The position numbers and the translations under genes were made by a program. From a virus, in IMG/VR virus record IMGVR_UViG_3300021468_000001, positions 1-64,000 of that record: 64,000 nucleotides of DNA; one strand, given 5' to 3'. Shown piece after piece: positions 9,649 through 20,930 of this stretch (position 1 is its first letter; every line of letters starts with the position of its first letter). The notes beneath the pieces are model-generated. The model ran no database searches. It had not been told where the DNA came from and saw only the letters and a list, made by a program, of their open reading frames with translations.

Positions 9649-10379
9649 TATTGCCCCTCCGTCATTTCCCCGCCTTACGTGAAGTTTTCTTCGCTGCTGT
9701 CTTCGTGGGTTTTTTGTGCTCCGCGATTTGGGCGATGTGGACTCGCTTTCTATCTGGCGGAACTCCATCGTCGCTTGCTTCGAGGTAATAGACTTTACAG
9801 GATTCCGCATCTTCTTTCTTCGCAATCGCTCTTTCGCAGTCTATGGAAATAGGCTTTTTCTTATACTTGTTGAACATGTACTCGTGACGGATTTCTTCAT
9901 AATCCAACATCGCCAGAATCACGTCCTTTGCGAACCAGACGTTATCGGCCTTCACCATGAACTCGCCAATCCCGTCTCGCAACTCCCCAGTTACAAGGTC
10001 TTTCGACCACCGCTTCAGCTCCTCCCTTACCTTTTTTCTCATTCTTCCAACCTTCTAAAGGGGCCATACTGCAGTAATTATGACACTGCTTCTATTTGAT
10101 CCATTTTCCGCTGCTCGGGTAACAATGTATCCCTTCGCCGCCGAATCCACCCTCTCTTTCTCAACCAACTGATCATCTCATTTTCACGCTCCTTAAAAAC
10201 ACGAAAAGCTACAACCGAAAACCTTTGGCCTTTGAGGAACCTTTCGGTAAAAGCAATAGCCTCCAGTGCCGCGGGCGCTTCCCGCGCAGCAGAAAGAACT
10301 TCATGCCAGGAGGGTGCTAACAAGAGAATCTGTGAAAACTGGCGCATCTATCGGCCTCCAAATAAGCCCATTTCCCGGT

Positions 10380-10952
10380 TTACGGTTTTCGCTTTAGTGC
10401 CTTGTTTATCTTCGCAAGCGCCCGCTCGGCCGCCTTGATAACTTCACGGTCTTTTTCGCGGCACACCGCGCTATAGATTACCGCCTTCACGTGCTCGCTA
10501 CATGCGTTGCCGAGCGCAACCATCGCCCATTTGCGTATCCCTCTATCGTCATCATTCAACAATTCGGCGAGCGCATCAATGGCAAGGTTGCCCATCTTGC
10601 CGAGGGCCTTTGCTGCGCGCCCGGCTCCTGCTGCGGTTTTCGCGCTCCTTTTCAATATCTCGACAAGCGGTCTAACGGCAAGTTCGCCCAGTAACATAAG
10701 CGCCTCGAAGATTTCGTCATCCCAACTGTAGCCAAGCCGCTCTTTGATTCCCAGAAGCGCCTCAGCCGCGCGTTGCCCGCCGATTTCGCCGATGCTCTTA
10801 ATCGCGCGACCGCGAACACGAAAGTCCTCATCTTCCGCCACCTTGACAAGCACATCAATCATCTCTTCGTCGCCAGATTCGCCGAGCGCTTGCGCAGCAG
10901 TCCAGCGAACATACCAGTTTGTGTCTTTCAACGATTCAAGCGGGTTATTCAT
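10380..10952 (-). CDS. HEAT-repeat protein
   Basis: WYVRWTAAQALG, FRVRGRAIKSIGEIG, IRKWAMVALG repeats. Confidence 0.9.
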   Translation of the reverse strand: MNNPLESLKDTNWYVRWTAAQALGESGDEEMIDVLVKVAEDEDFRVRGRAIKSIGEIGGQRAAEALLGIKERLGYSWDDEIFEALMLLGELAVRPLVEILKRSAKTAAGAGRAAKALGKMGNLAIDALAELLNDDDRGIRKWAMVALGNACSEHVKAVIYSAVCREKDREVIKAAERALAKINKALKRKP

Positions 10953-11821
10953 TTCGTGCCTCCTACTGCTTTCGCAATCGCCTTTGCCCTGTTGATCATT
11001 CTGATAAGACCGCCGTCGATGTCTCCAATGGAGAAAAGACCTTCTGATTGGCATGTCATAAAGGTAAATGTATAACGCTGTTTGTGGTACTTGGGGAAGG
11101 TTACAAACAGTTGTCCTTCATGCCAAACGTAGCCTTGGATTTCGGTTGTTTTGGACTCCGGGAGGCTCGCGCATCCAATCTCCATTTCCTCTTCATAGAA
11201 GGCTTCTGCGAAGGCAAGCAGATACCACGGCCTGATAGCGAACACGTGAGGCCGACAACCGTGATTACATTCAGTAGTCGCGAAAATGTGGCCTTCATCA
11301 GATGGGAGCATGAAGATTGCCCGCCTTCCGTCCAAAATCACAAACATGGCTTTGTGCGAAGGAAAGAGGCGGAGCGCATCACATATTTCGCCAGCGAATG
11401 GGAAATGAAAGAGCGCCTTGATGCTGTTCTTCCTCTCGCATACATTGGCGATTCCTGTTGCAGTAGGGAAGGTTGTTGGCGTGCCGACGCTATCTTTCAC
11501 ATGTATTGCTTTGCCTGTTGTCTTGCCTGCCCCCCTGCCTATGCGCCACCAGATTAGTTTTTTGAATTCCAGCAATTGCCTGCGGTCGAGGTAAAACTGA
11601 TTGGGTATGATTGAGTCTTTGATTGGAATGCGCGCGACCATCAACGCTGCCATTGCCCCGTCTATGACAGTTATTTCTGCGCTCTTGCCCTTTCTGGCGA
11701 CCTTTGCGAATCGCGTATGCGGATGCTCGGGGTTACGTTTTGTGGGCAAAAGGCGAAATGCCAGATTAAACACGCTGTCAAACCACTGTTCCTCTTTCAA
11801 CTCTTTCTCATCCTTGTTCAT
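10949..11821 (-). CDS. Divergent DNA polymerase III beta-clamp-like protein
   Basis: AEITVIDG resembles the clamp ATDG strand; FAIRPWYLLAFAEAF..EEMEIG resembles IGFNP.YLLD.L....EEV. Confidence 0.45.
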   Translation of the reverse strand: MNKDEKELKEEQWFDSVFNLAFRLLPTKRNPEHPHTRFAKVARKGKSAEITVIDGAMAALMVARIPIKDSIIPNQFYLDRRQLLEFKKLIWWRIGRGAGKTTGKAIHVKDSVGTPTTFPTATGIANVCERKNSIKALFHFPFAGEICDALRLFPSHKAMFVILDGRRAIFMLPSDEGHIFATTECNHGCRPHVFAIRPWYLLAFAEAFYEEEMEIGCASLPESKTTEIQGYVWHEGQLFVTFPKYHKQRYTFTFMTCQSEGLFSIGDIDGGLIRMINRAKAIAKAVGGTK

Positions 11822-12092
11822 TTTCAGCCTCCTTCAAGTGATTCGCAATGTGGGCAAAAACTTCTACTGGAAGCCCAAGACTGCAATTGTGAATGCTGCG
11901 CCCAATCATTATTTCTTCCAGGTCTTCTGCATCTGGCCCATATGGACCGCGACTCTGATGCCACTGGAACGTTATGATATAAACTCTTCTCCCCTGCTGT
12001 TTGTAAAGATAATAAGCCGTGATTGCGGCATTCGCCCGCCTTTCAAGTAGGTACCATTTGTCACCGAATATCTCTACTTGCTCTGCTTTCAT
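11808..12092 (-). CDS. Hypothetical protein, paralog of 22870..23139 (in frame with upstream start at 12215)
   Basis: QV...G.KWY.........YYL....GR.V..I.F.W...RGP shared. Confidence 0.75.
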   Translation of the reverse strand: MKAEQVEIFGDKWYLLERRANAAITAYYLYKQQGRRVYIITFQWHQSRGPYGPDAEDLEEIMIGRSIHNCSLGLPVEVFAHIANHLKEAENEQG

Positions 12093-12439
12093 TCTCTGGT
12101 CTCCTCTTTCGTTTTCCTGAAGGCTGGAGTCCGCCTCGCAGTGGCAATTAGCCGCCTCTTCCAAACTAAACCGCAGATACCGAGTAAGGTCCATTTTTTT
12201 ACCCTGCTCATTCATTTTCGGCCTCCTCCAATTCCCGCACTACCTGCAACAACTCCCGCTTGCCGATGCCCAACTTGCGGCAGAAATCGACAAGCGTGAT
12301 TTCGTGCGCTTCGATGCCGACGAGTTCGTCATACCACCCGTCAACGCGGATTACGCGCCGAGACTTCACAAACTCAATGCCAATACCGGTCCATGCATTC
12401 CCGAAGATTATTGATTTAGGCTCGCCCATCAACTTGCCC

Positions 12440-12739
12440 TCACAAAAGCACTCTATTGCCAGATCTGATTATCAACGCTGCATCTTCCACTGCTTCTTTT
12501 ACCTTTTGCCATGCTTTCTTCACGCTGTTGTTGCGAGCACGGCTAATGACTTTCTCGACTGTTTTATAAAACGCCCCTGACAGCACGCCGGCTCCACGGA
12601 TACGCATTGCATGGGAGCAAGCAAGTCGGCCTTGTTTGCTTATTTGCTTGCCATACTTTTTGCTTTCACGCAACGCATTCACAAGGGCGTTCCAGATGCG
12701 TGCTATTGATTGCACATGCTCAATCCCATCCTTGTCCAT
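12440..12739 (-). CDS. Hypothetical protein, paralog of 14196..14507
   Basis: A..W.AL..AL.ES...LS.AFY..V..V..RA.N..V..AW.KV shared. Confidence 0.75.
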   Translation of the reverse strand: MDKDGIEHVQSIARIWNALVNALRESKKYGKQISKQGRLACSHAMRIRGAGVLSGAFYKTVEKVISRARNNSVKKAWQKVKEAVEDAALIIRSGNRVLL

Positions 12740-13008
12740 CAATCCCCCCTTTCGCCTTCTAACGCTTTCGAGTTTTTCTCCCTCCCATGCAGCACATCGG
12801 CGAATCGGCGCTTCAGCTTCCTTATCACTTCTTCGCGCGAATATCCCCAAGCCCAGACGTCTTCCGGGACCGTGAGATACACCCCGAAGAAAAGATCAAG
12901 CAGCCCACAGGGGAGGCACCAAATACCTGCATTGAAGGCGACCTTCTTGCCGCCAATTCCAATCGTGTGCAGAAACACTTGTTCGAATGATTCAGTCTCT
13001 CCCCCCAT
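12739..13008 (-). CDS. Hypothetical protein, possible HicB-like fold
   Basis: VWAWGYSREEVIRKL. Confidence 0.55.
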   Translation of the reverse strand: MGGETESFEQVFLHTIGIGGKKVAFNAGIWCLPCGLLDLFFGVYLTVPEDVWAWGYSREEVIRKLKRRFADVLHGREKNSKALEGERGD

Positions 13009-13294
13009 GTGATTCCCTCCTAATGGAATTTTCAAGATCCGCGCGAAGAGCGCCCTCCAGATTGTAAATTGCTCGGCCGAGGACGGTTGCGTGCTTCACT
13101 CCCCATTCACTCATAGGTTTGCCCACAAGATAAAGAGGGGGGAAGTCGCCGTATCGCAGGTAATACGCTCCACGCAGTTGGTCTATCAGAAACTGTCGGG
13201 GTTCCCCTTCTCTCAAATCACAAACTGCCTGTCTGAGCATTACCATGATGCGCTTTCGGAGCCTCTCGCTTCTAACAATTTCACACATAGTCAC
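12992..13294 (-). CDS. Hypothetical protein, paralog of the C-terminus of 14498..14953
   Basis: I.QL.G...LRYG..P...TVL.RAI..L shared. Confidence 0.7.
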   Translation of the reverse strand: MTMCEIVRSERLRKRIMVMLRQAVCDLREGEPRQFLIDQLRGAYYLRYGDFPPLYLVGKPMSEWGVKHATVLGRAIYNLEGALRADLENSIRRESHGGRD

Positions 13295-13312
13295 TCCTCT
13301 CCCTAAACGAAA

Positions 13313-13648
13313 TCAAACTGCATCAATTATTATTTGTAAGCGCCACCGGTTATTAAGCCGCGCACCTGGCACTCTACCATTATCTTTTAGATAATGCTCA
13401 AGCGCTTTTTTATCAACCGCTCCCCCACGAAGGCACCATGATGCGCTCTCTTTCGCCCACGTTATTACACCCTCCTCATCCTCAATCACCAGTTCCAAAT
13501 CAGGAGGGGCCAATACAAGCGTTATCCCGTCAACATTGACTCTATTTACTTTTTCCAACAACTGCATTTGATCGCCAAGATGCACGATATCTCGTAAAGA
13601 TCCCGATGCCAATTTCAATAACTCTTTGATTTGCGTTGAGGGCAACAT
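13313..13648 (-). CDS. Gp157/Mu Gam-like protein (C-terminal part)
   Basis: VIEDEE...VDKKALEHYLK..GRVPGARL. Confidence 0.6.
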   Translation of the reverse strand: MLPSTQIKELLKLASGSLRDIVHLGDQMQLLEKVNRVNVDGITLVLAPPDLELVIEDEEGVITWAKESASWCLRGGAVDKKALEHYLKDNGRVPGARLNNRWRLQIIIDAV

Positions 13649-16600
13649 TGCTTTCAAGCCTCCATTAGACTTCATATCCCTCTTCTCTTCTCCGTTTTTG
13701 TATTAGGTATTTCTCTATCATACGGAATATGCGAACCGCTAATTCTGGCGTGTGAGGCTCGCCTTCGCTCAAAGCCTTTATCATTTCCTTTACAACTTTG
13801 CGTTCATCCGGTGTTGTAAAGTCAGGGAGGCTGAATTCGAGGCGCCAGTCACCTGCTATGAACAGAAGCCACGAGCGCTCAAAAACGATGGTCCGTTTCC
13901 CCCATTCTACAGCCTCAATACCCCTCATAAAAATATCCTCCAAAAGGAAACTGTTTTTCAATCCCACTCAGATTCATGAAATAAAGGACACAACTTCCCG
14001 CAGCTACAGCCTTTCTGCCATGCCTCAATTTGCGCTTTAACTTCTTCTAAGCGACCCTCATCAGTTGCGTTGGCAAGAGCTTCCTGTTTTGCATCTTCGA
14101 AGAGAGTCGTATCGTCATCTAGCGCACAGTGAAACCGTGAGATTAGCCGGTCGCCAAGAAATTCGTAATTGTAGGAAGCGTAGCGACAGCTTGAATCACA
14201 GGAGCACATTTGGTGTTCCTCCGCCTTCTCCTTTCAGTCCCCACAGCCGCGTTGTCGTGTCCGCGACTAAACGACCGACTTTCTCCCAAGCGCTCCGCAC
14301 AGCATCGTTGCTGGCGCGCCGCACTACGTCGCAAACTGCCGTGTAGAACGCGAAGGACAACATCCTGCCGTCAAGTGCGTCTTGCATCGCAACGATCACT
14401 GGTCTACTGAGTTTCCCGCGCTGCCCGCTTTCATATAGTGCCTCGGCAAGTGCCTGCCACAACTGTGCCATCGCTTCTGTCTTTTCATCTTCACCGCTCA
14501 TTCCCACTCTCCTTTACGTCCGGTCCAGTAATCAGGATTGCCGCCGCACTTTACCCAGCGCTTCTGTAGCCGCCGAATCGCGCGCCAAAGGACGGTTTCC
14601 GGCCGCATCACGGCGACCGGATATGTGCCGTAGCGTAGCGCGTGCATCCCTTCCAGTTGGTGGATACGCTTTTTTGCGAGTTCGAGGTTATTAGTTTCCA
14701 AGGCAGCAACGGCAAGGTGCAACCTCGTTCTAATTGTAGCGATTGCCCAGGGATTAAAACCCCTTACCCTCGCTGTTTTTTTCGCGCAATCAAGAGCATC
14801 GCGTGCGGTTTTTACCGCCAGCACAATGTCGTCGATGAGCCTCCGAATTGCGCCCCACTTTACTTTCACGACATCTTCATCTTGAATCGCTTTCGCGTAG
14901 CACGCTTTAACCAAGCGCAATACCTCTTCCTGAAAGTCCTTGTCCTCGTTCACCCTCGACCTCCTTTACTATCTTCCTGCCGCATTCCTATAACGCCTTT
15001 TCCATCAGAAGGCTCAAAGAGTCCTCAATCGCATGAAGGCTATCTTCCCATTCCGACACCAATATGCCATGTAGCCGCGCTATTTCGCGGACTTGTTTGT
15101 TCTTCAATTCAGACGTTTCTGTGAGTTGAAAAGCAAGAATTAGAACGGCAAGCGCGGCCGCGCAATCCGAACGGGCACCGACAGCGTAGTTGTGCGCCCT
15201 CAAATACTCTTCGTCCCGAAGCGCGGCCCAATACTCCGACATGCGGTCGCGTGCCGTCTTCTCTAACTTCCGCGCGCTCTCCACAATCCACTCGACAACT
15301 TCTTTCGCCTTTTTCATTTCCTGACTCCCTATTCCCAAGCCCCACAGTCTATCATGTCCCGCACGCTGTTACCGTCGCCGTCAGGTAGCGCCTTCGGCTC
15401 GGCGGCGAGGTCTATCCGCTCCGCCTTCTCCAGGCCGCTTCCAAGCGTGCGCCCATGCTCACCGGACTCTTGCCATCTTCTTTCATGCTTTGGCCTCCCA
15501 CGAAGCAGGAAGAATGCCATTGATGCGGACATACTGCCGAATATAATGCCACACATCAAGGCGCAAGGAAAAATCACAAATTAGCATCGCGGTCCATACA
15601 GCATGGAACCATTCGCGCTCGCGCACCGAAAGCACGGCCTTGCGCGCCGTTGCTTGGTCGTCAACGGATGCTTTTGCATAAGACACAAGCGTATCAAGAT
15701 ACTCGTAAGGAAGCAAGCCCCTCATCATTTCACTTCTCCTTTCTTTCCTCTGCGGCTCGACCCCAACGCTGTTTCCAACGCCGTGTGTCTTGCCAAGCCG
15801 ATAACGTGCACAGCATAACTACAATCCACATAGGAATCAGCATCAGTATCCGCAACCACAGCGGGTAGAGAACAGAGAGCGTTGGGTCCAGAACAATGTA
15901 AGTTACCGGTCCTGCCGCCACCGCCTCATACAGAATGAACAACAAAAAGGCAGGGTCAAATCCATGCCTTTCCGCCCACTCCTTAACGCTCATTCGCCTT
16001 CTCCCTTCAACTCCAACAGCCGCGCGGCGATGCGCAGCATACCGACTACGTCTTCTACTGTTGCGCTTTCGTTCAGTCCAGCACGTATTACGTCCATCAT
16101 TTCATCCCTTTCCGTAGGCAGCGGCCGCCGCGGCAGCAGAATTGTCAATATCCAGTTGCTTCGGTGCGCTGTTATCTGATCACCTATGAACGATATGCAC
16201 CAACCGCAGAAAGCACGGCCAAAAAGGCGCGTCTCGTATGCCTTCTCATTTTCACTACTCATCACTGAACTCCTTCCGCTTTTCAAGCACATCCGTCGCT
16301 ACATCGAAAGCCCTCTCTCCGACATAGCCACTCGCTATATCCTCGACCGCTTTCTCCGTCGCAAACGCGATTTCGTCAGCGACTATCGCGTAGAACGGGT
16401 CCGAACTTCTGCGCAACAACGAGGCTTTATGCTCCACCGCGCTTTCTATCGCCTCTATCACGCGATTTCTTATCTCCTCCTTCAGGATGTTTGTGAAGTC
16501 TCCATTAACAACCGCGCTTGCGATTTTCCTCGCAACCATTTCGGCGACGCTACTTTTGCGCCTCGGTTTGCCCTTACTCATTTTCGTCTCTCCAAAACAT

Positions 16601-17154
16601 GTGCTGTTTCGCACTATCAAGCGCTCTGGTTATCGCCTCGAATGCCTGCTCGACGATTTTGAACGCCTCGGCCCTTTCCTCATCGGAGTACTCCTGCGAA
16701 AAGACCCAGGTTGATTGTACCGCGCTCGCAACATCTACCGCGGCATCTACGGTAGCCTCCAGTTGGAAAAGCGCGCCGTCCATCGTTCTGCACTGTTCGG
16801 CACGCGCCGCACCAACCTCAACCGCCCGCAATGCCCGTTTTGCTTGTTCAAGACTCATTTTGTGTCCCCCTCTTCTAACAAACGCGCGTCTACCAACCGC
16901 GCTATCGTGGGCCACTCTTTTGCGAGCCCCCACCAATACTCACCCGTGGCTGGCCGACAAAGAACAAAATACTCGCCGTTCGATTCCTCGTCAGCAAGCC
17001 ACTGAACCGAGAGTCCCAAGTGAGGGTAGTGATAGTATTCGCCAAGCACCAAGTAATCCCCCTCCGCGTCCGCTTCCTCTGCTTCTTCCCAAGAAGAATA
17101 GAGCTTGTACCCTTCTTCCCGCGCGACCTTCCGCGCAAGCCTTTCTACCGATTT

Positions 17155-17445
17155 TCTCCGCATCACTCGGCCTCCTCCTTCAGCGCCTCTTTCAGCGTCC
17201 GCCAAACGCGATAGCGAAACAGGTCATTTGGATCATACTGGCGAAATGGCCTGCACATTTGCCGCGCTTGCGTCCGACTAAATATCAGATAGTCCTTTGA
17301 ATGCTCGCCAGTCTCGACAAACCTTGTTTTTTCTTCTTCTGTCGGCCAGTAGCGTTGGCCGGGATAGCCATATCGTAGAGACCTAGACCCCGCCCATACC
17401 CAAATTGCCCTTTCCCTTGCGTCTCTCCGCATCACTCGGCCTCCT
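17155..17445. repeat. 22-bp direct repeat (17155..17176, 17424..17445) flanking one ORF
   Basis: TCTCCGCATCACTCGGCCTCCT twice. Confidence 0.9.
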
Positions 17446-19179
17446 ATATTGCCAATTGCGCGGACGCGGCGATTTCCTCAATAAGACAGTCTGCGCGATA
17501 CTCCATCTGCATCCAGTAGTAGTAACAACCCCGCCCGCGACACTGGCGATATTCGCCGCTCTCTGGGCAAGTGATGTATTCGCGCCCGCACGGAGCATTA
17601 GCCGCACCCTGCTGGGCTCCACGATAGTATTGCCCCAGCGTCAACACTATCTGCATATATCTCGCGTAGTGCCGAATCACGGGCAGGTCGTCCGGGTCAT
17701 AATAATTTGTCTCTTTCCAATTCCATCCGCTGTGATGCCACTCCGTTTCCACGCCCAACCTGTCTACGGCCGCCGCCGTTACCCGACGGCGACGCCCGCG
17801 CACGCGCACGGTCCCGCATCGCCGGGCCACTTCTGCGGCAGTCAGCAAGCCGCGCGCGCTCGCATCTGCCGCACGCCGACTCCGCCGCGCTCCGCATTTC
17901 GTCAACATCACTCGGCCTCCTTCAATATCACAAGGTCGCATATCCGAAGCCAGTCGGGCTCGCTTACGATTGTTGATCGTGAGCCATCCCGCGACCAATC
18001 GCTTACGCTAAAAATGCCAGTTTCCAACAATGGGACTACCTTACTATCCCAAAACCTTCGCTCCTGAAGACGTCGGTTTTTCGCGGCGCGCAACTTGATG
18101 ACTACCTCATCCCCGCGAATCTGCCCGCCCGTTACTAAGGCTATAATTCTACGGGCTGCATCAACGCTCATTGAGAAACTTTCGGACATCTCTCGGCCTC
18201 CTCCAACTTATACTGGGCGACGTCCTCGAACAGAAGCGACCACACGTCCAGAAGCAACTGCTTGTTGTCGCCTTCCAATACTCGCCTTGCGCCGTCGCCC
18301 CAGTCCATGAACACGTATTCGACCCGGTGAACGTGGAGCGCGGCATCTGTGTAAAACCGGAACTCGTCGCTCGGCCCGCCCCAAGATATTTGGTAGCAGA
18401 AGTATCCCTCGTCCTGTCCGTCGAACGTGCCCGCCAACACGTAGTCGAAGCACAGGCCGTGCTCGTAAATGGCTTCTTCGGGATGTTCTCCATACTCCGC
18501 GACCATTGCGTCACGCTCCTTTTCCGAAAGATCGTCGGTTGCAGCGCGATAGAGCAGCCGGAGCTCTTCTATCTCGTCCGCCAAACTTGCCTCGATTCTT
18601 TCCTCACACGTCAACATTACTCGGCCTCCTTAAAGCAGGCGGCCTCGACCGCGTATCCAACCCCGTCGCTGCCATCCAGTATTCTGGTGTGATACTCTGC
18701 GGCGATTTCTCTTGGCAGGAGGCGCGCTACGCTTCCAACAATTCGGTATAGCCGCTCGGCTACTTCGAGCACGTCGTCGCTTGCGTCGCCTTTCACGTGG
18801 TTAGCAACGTTTCCGAGCGCTTCCATTGCGAGGCAGGCGTCTTCAGCGACACACTCTGCGATTCTTTTTACCATCCTTCCTATCTGCATTACTCGGCCTC
18901 CTCTACATGTTCAAAGATAAGCATCCGCATCTTCCCAAGCGCTAGAGATATCACACCGAATGCCTGGTTTAGAAGCTTCCCGAGTTCTTTCCTTTCTTCC
19001 TCTGTTCCGTTAATCCAGGCGTCCTCTGCTTCAAGTGCCATAGCCATCGCTGCGTCAACTGCGGCCTTTATTTGGTGAAGTGCCCCGCTCAACATCTTAT
19101 GATTGCTAGCCCTTGTAGAAGCTACTTGAACTCCATTTAACGCCTTCCGCGCCTCCTCAAGCCCCATGTGCTGACCCTC

Positions 19180-19428
19180 TCAGAGCAAAAACCTATAGTA
19201 ACCGCGCCCCACGCGCACGCAACGCCCAGCTTTCCGTAGGCTCTGTATCCCCCTGTGAAAGGCACGACGTGTAGTGTCCGAGTCTACTATCCCTTTCCGC
19301 TCCCGGTAGTCCCGCGTTATCCTGAATACTTGCGTTGCTGACAGCGCATAGCCCAAGTTGATTACGTGATACAGCCTTGCTTCATCGAGCGCCTTGAGTA
19401 TGCTATCCGCCCACGATTCTTTTAACAT
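19180..19428 (-). CDS. Probable winged-helix DNA-binding protein
   Basis: SLRKAGRCVRVGRGYYRF wing pattern. Confidence 0.55.
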   Translation of the reverse strand: MLKESWADSILKALDEARLYHVINLGYALSATQVFRITRDYRERKGIVDSDTTRRAFHRGIQSLRKAGRCVRVGRGYYRFLL

Positions 19429-20268
19429 TGCAGGACCTCCCACCTTGTTCCGGAGTGCATTATGCGATCCGCCAATTGCCGCTCTACCATTTCACTAGCA
19501 CGGCTTTACTATCTTTTCCACGCATCGAAAGCCTCTTGTTCCGCAATATACCATTCGTCCCCGCGGAAGTAAACCTTTCCGCCCCAACGAGCAACACGCA
19601 GTACTCCTACATGTTCTCGCGAGTCGCCTTCCACCCAAAAAGATCCTCTTACCAGGTTATCTTTTATATCCTCCGTTATCCTAAATTTGACAATCCGTTT
19701 CGGCTCTCCAAGTAAAGCAGTCATCTCACTTTCTGCGTTGGCTATTTCCGCAAAAGCAGAATCTATAAGGCGTGCTAGCCTTCGTGAGTCTCCTTCTACT
19801 TTGTCAGCTTCATTAAGCGCAACGCACGCGCGCTCAAGAAACTCAAGCGCCCGAAGCGCTCTCCATTCTGTTTCGGACTGGGCGCAATCAATATGATTCC
19901 TTCCTCGCATTGCGAGATCTCCTACTGCATCCACGCAGGCACGAATACTCGCTCCGGGTCAAGCCCCAAAGCGCGGATATACTTGTGTCCCGCTTTCGTG
20001 GCGTAAACTATGCCGTTCGGTGTCGCCGGGACAAGGTCGAAAACGGCTACAGGGCAGCACTTCTGCGGCGTGATAATCTCTGCGACTCCCACTTTAGCGC
20101 GCCCATCACGGTAGCCCGTGCCCTCGTTCGCATCGTAGAGCACGTAGCGCTTCCTGTCCACCTCGAACCCGACAAACGGGTTGAAAGCGTCCGCAGGCAA
20201 CGCCTGCATAGCCTCTCCAACACTCGCATCACAAGACCATCCCATTGTGTGGCCTCCTCAAATTGCGC

Positions 20269-20745
20269 TTAGTGGTGCAGGTCCACTAAAACCGCAAACG
20301 CATTCCCGACATGCGCCTCCACTTCGCGGCCATCGAGCACCCAGTACCAGGGCTGCATCAGGTCACAGCCTTCATCTACGCTACCCATTTCTGACCTTAG
20401 ATACTTTGCGATTTCCTTATTCAGCGGCAGCACATCATCAGGATACTCACCGTCTTTGAAGCCATCTCGCTTTTCTATAGGCGGAGATATTTCAGGATAC
20501 TCTTCAGCCTCAGAAGTAGCCTCATCCCGCCGGAATTTCCAATACCGCTCGGCGCCCAGCGATATTGCTTTTAATATCCCTGAGTATCCGCCGCCGATTC
20601 GGAACCAGTCGTAGAGCGGCCACACGAAGAGTCCGGGTTTCGCCCCCACGCCTTCCTCTGCCAACTTACCCCTAACAAGATCTTTCGCTTCCTCTTCAGA
20701 AGAAGCCATGCTCTTCGGAACGATTACCACTGCCATCATGTGCAT
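20269..20745 (-). CDS. Phage hypothetical protein
   Basis: YDWFRIGGGYSG motif, ends LVDLHH; GGAGG RBS. Confidence 0.75.
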   Translation of the reverse strand: MHMMAVVIVPKSMASSEEEAKDLVRGKLAEEGVGAKPGLFVWPLYDWFRIGGGYSGILKAISLGAERYWKFRRDEATSEAEEYPEISPPIEKRDGFKDGEYPDDVLPLNKEIAKYLRSEMGSVDEGCDLMQPWYWVLDGREVEAHVGNAFAVLVDLHH

Positions 20746-20757
20746 CTTCAGGCCTCC

Positions 20758-20796
20758 AAAAAAAAGCGAGCCTCACAACTCGTCGTTTCCGGCTCG
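20758..20796 (-). terminator. Intrinsic terminator or attenuator
   Basis: CGAGCC...GGCUCG followed by U8, immediately before the RBS of 20269..20745. Confidence 0.65.
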
Positions 20797-20802
20797 TAAA
20801 GC

Positions 20803-20902
20803 GGTGCAAGGGCCAAGTAGGGGCACGCGCGCCTCCTTGATGTACCGCGGACCCCTTCAGCCGAGCGAAGGCGAGACTCGACTTCAGACTCGGCCCTGCA
20901 CC
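20803..20902 (-). ncRNA. Three-way-junction structured RNA with complementary loops
   Basis: P1 GGUGCAGGGCCGAGU/ACUUGGCCCUUGCACC, P2 AGUCGAG/CUCGGCU, P3 AGGGGUCCGCG/CGCGUGCCCCU; each stem has a G-U pair only in minus orientation. Confidence 0.65.
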
Positions 20903-20930
20903 AGCGCAAGAAGGAGCAGGACAATCAATA

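Larger units (their letters stand above)
13665..20245 (-). other. Array of about 20 short, translationally coupled hypothetical CDSs (e.g. 13665..13967, 14196..14507, 14498..14953, 14988..15338, 15730..15993, 16574..16858, 16855..17166, 17163..17435, 17444..17908, 17908..18189, 18168..18617, 18617..18889, 18889..19167, 19922..20245)
   Basis: Overlapping stop/start codons, each preceded by a GGAG(G)-type RBS. Confidence 0.8.

Noticed and set aside
17161-18901. Regularly recurring 15-mer as a CRISPR array or integron attC sites
   Set aside because: Spacing is 270-480 bp of coding sequence, the repeat is an RBS/stop/start junction, and there is no palindromic attC structure, cas gene or integrase
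19444-19505. tRNA-like 5' segment on the minus strand (GCCGTGCTAGTGAAATGGTAGA)
   Set aside because: No anticodon stem, TTC loop or matching acceptor strand
20803-20902. Hammerhead ribozyme or TPP riboswitch identity for the three-way junction
   Set aside because: CUGA is present but CUGANGA/GAAA spacing and TPP core motifs do not match
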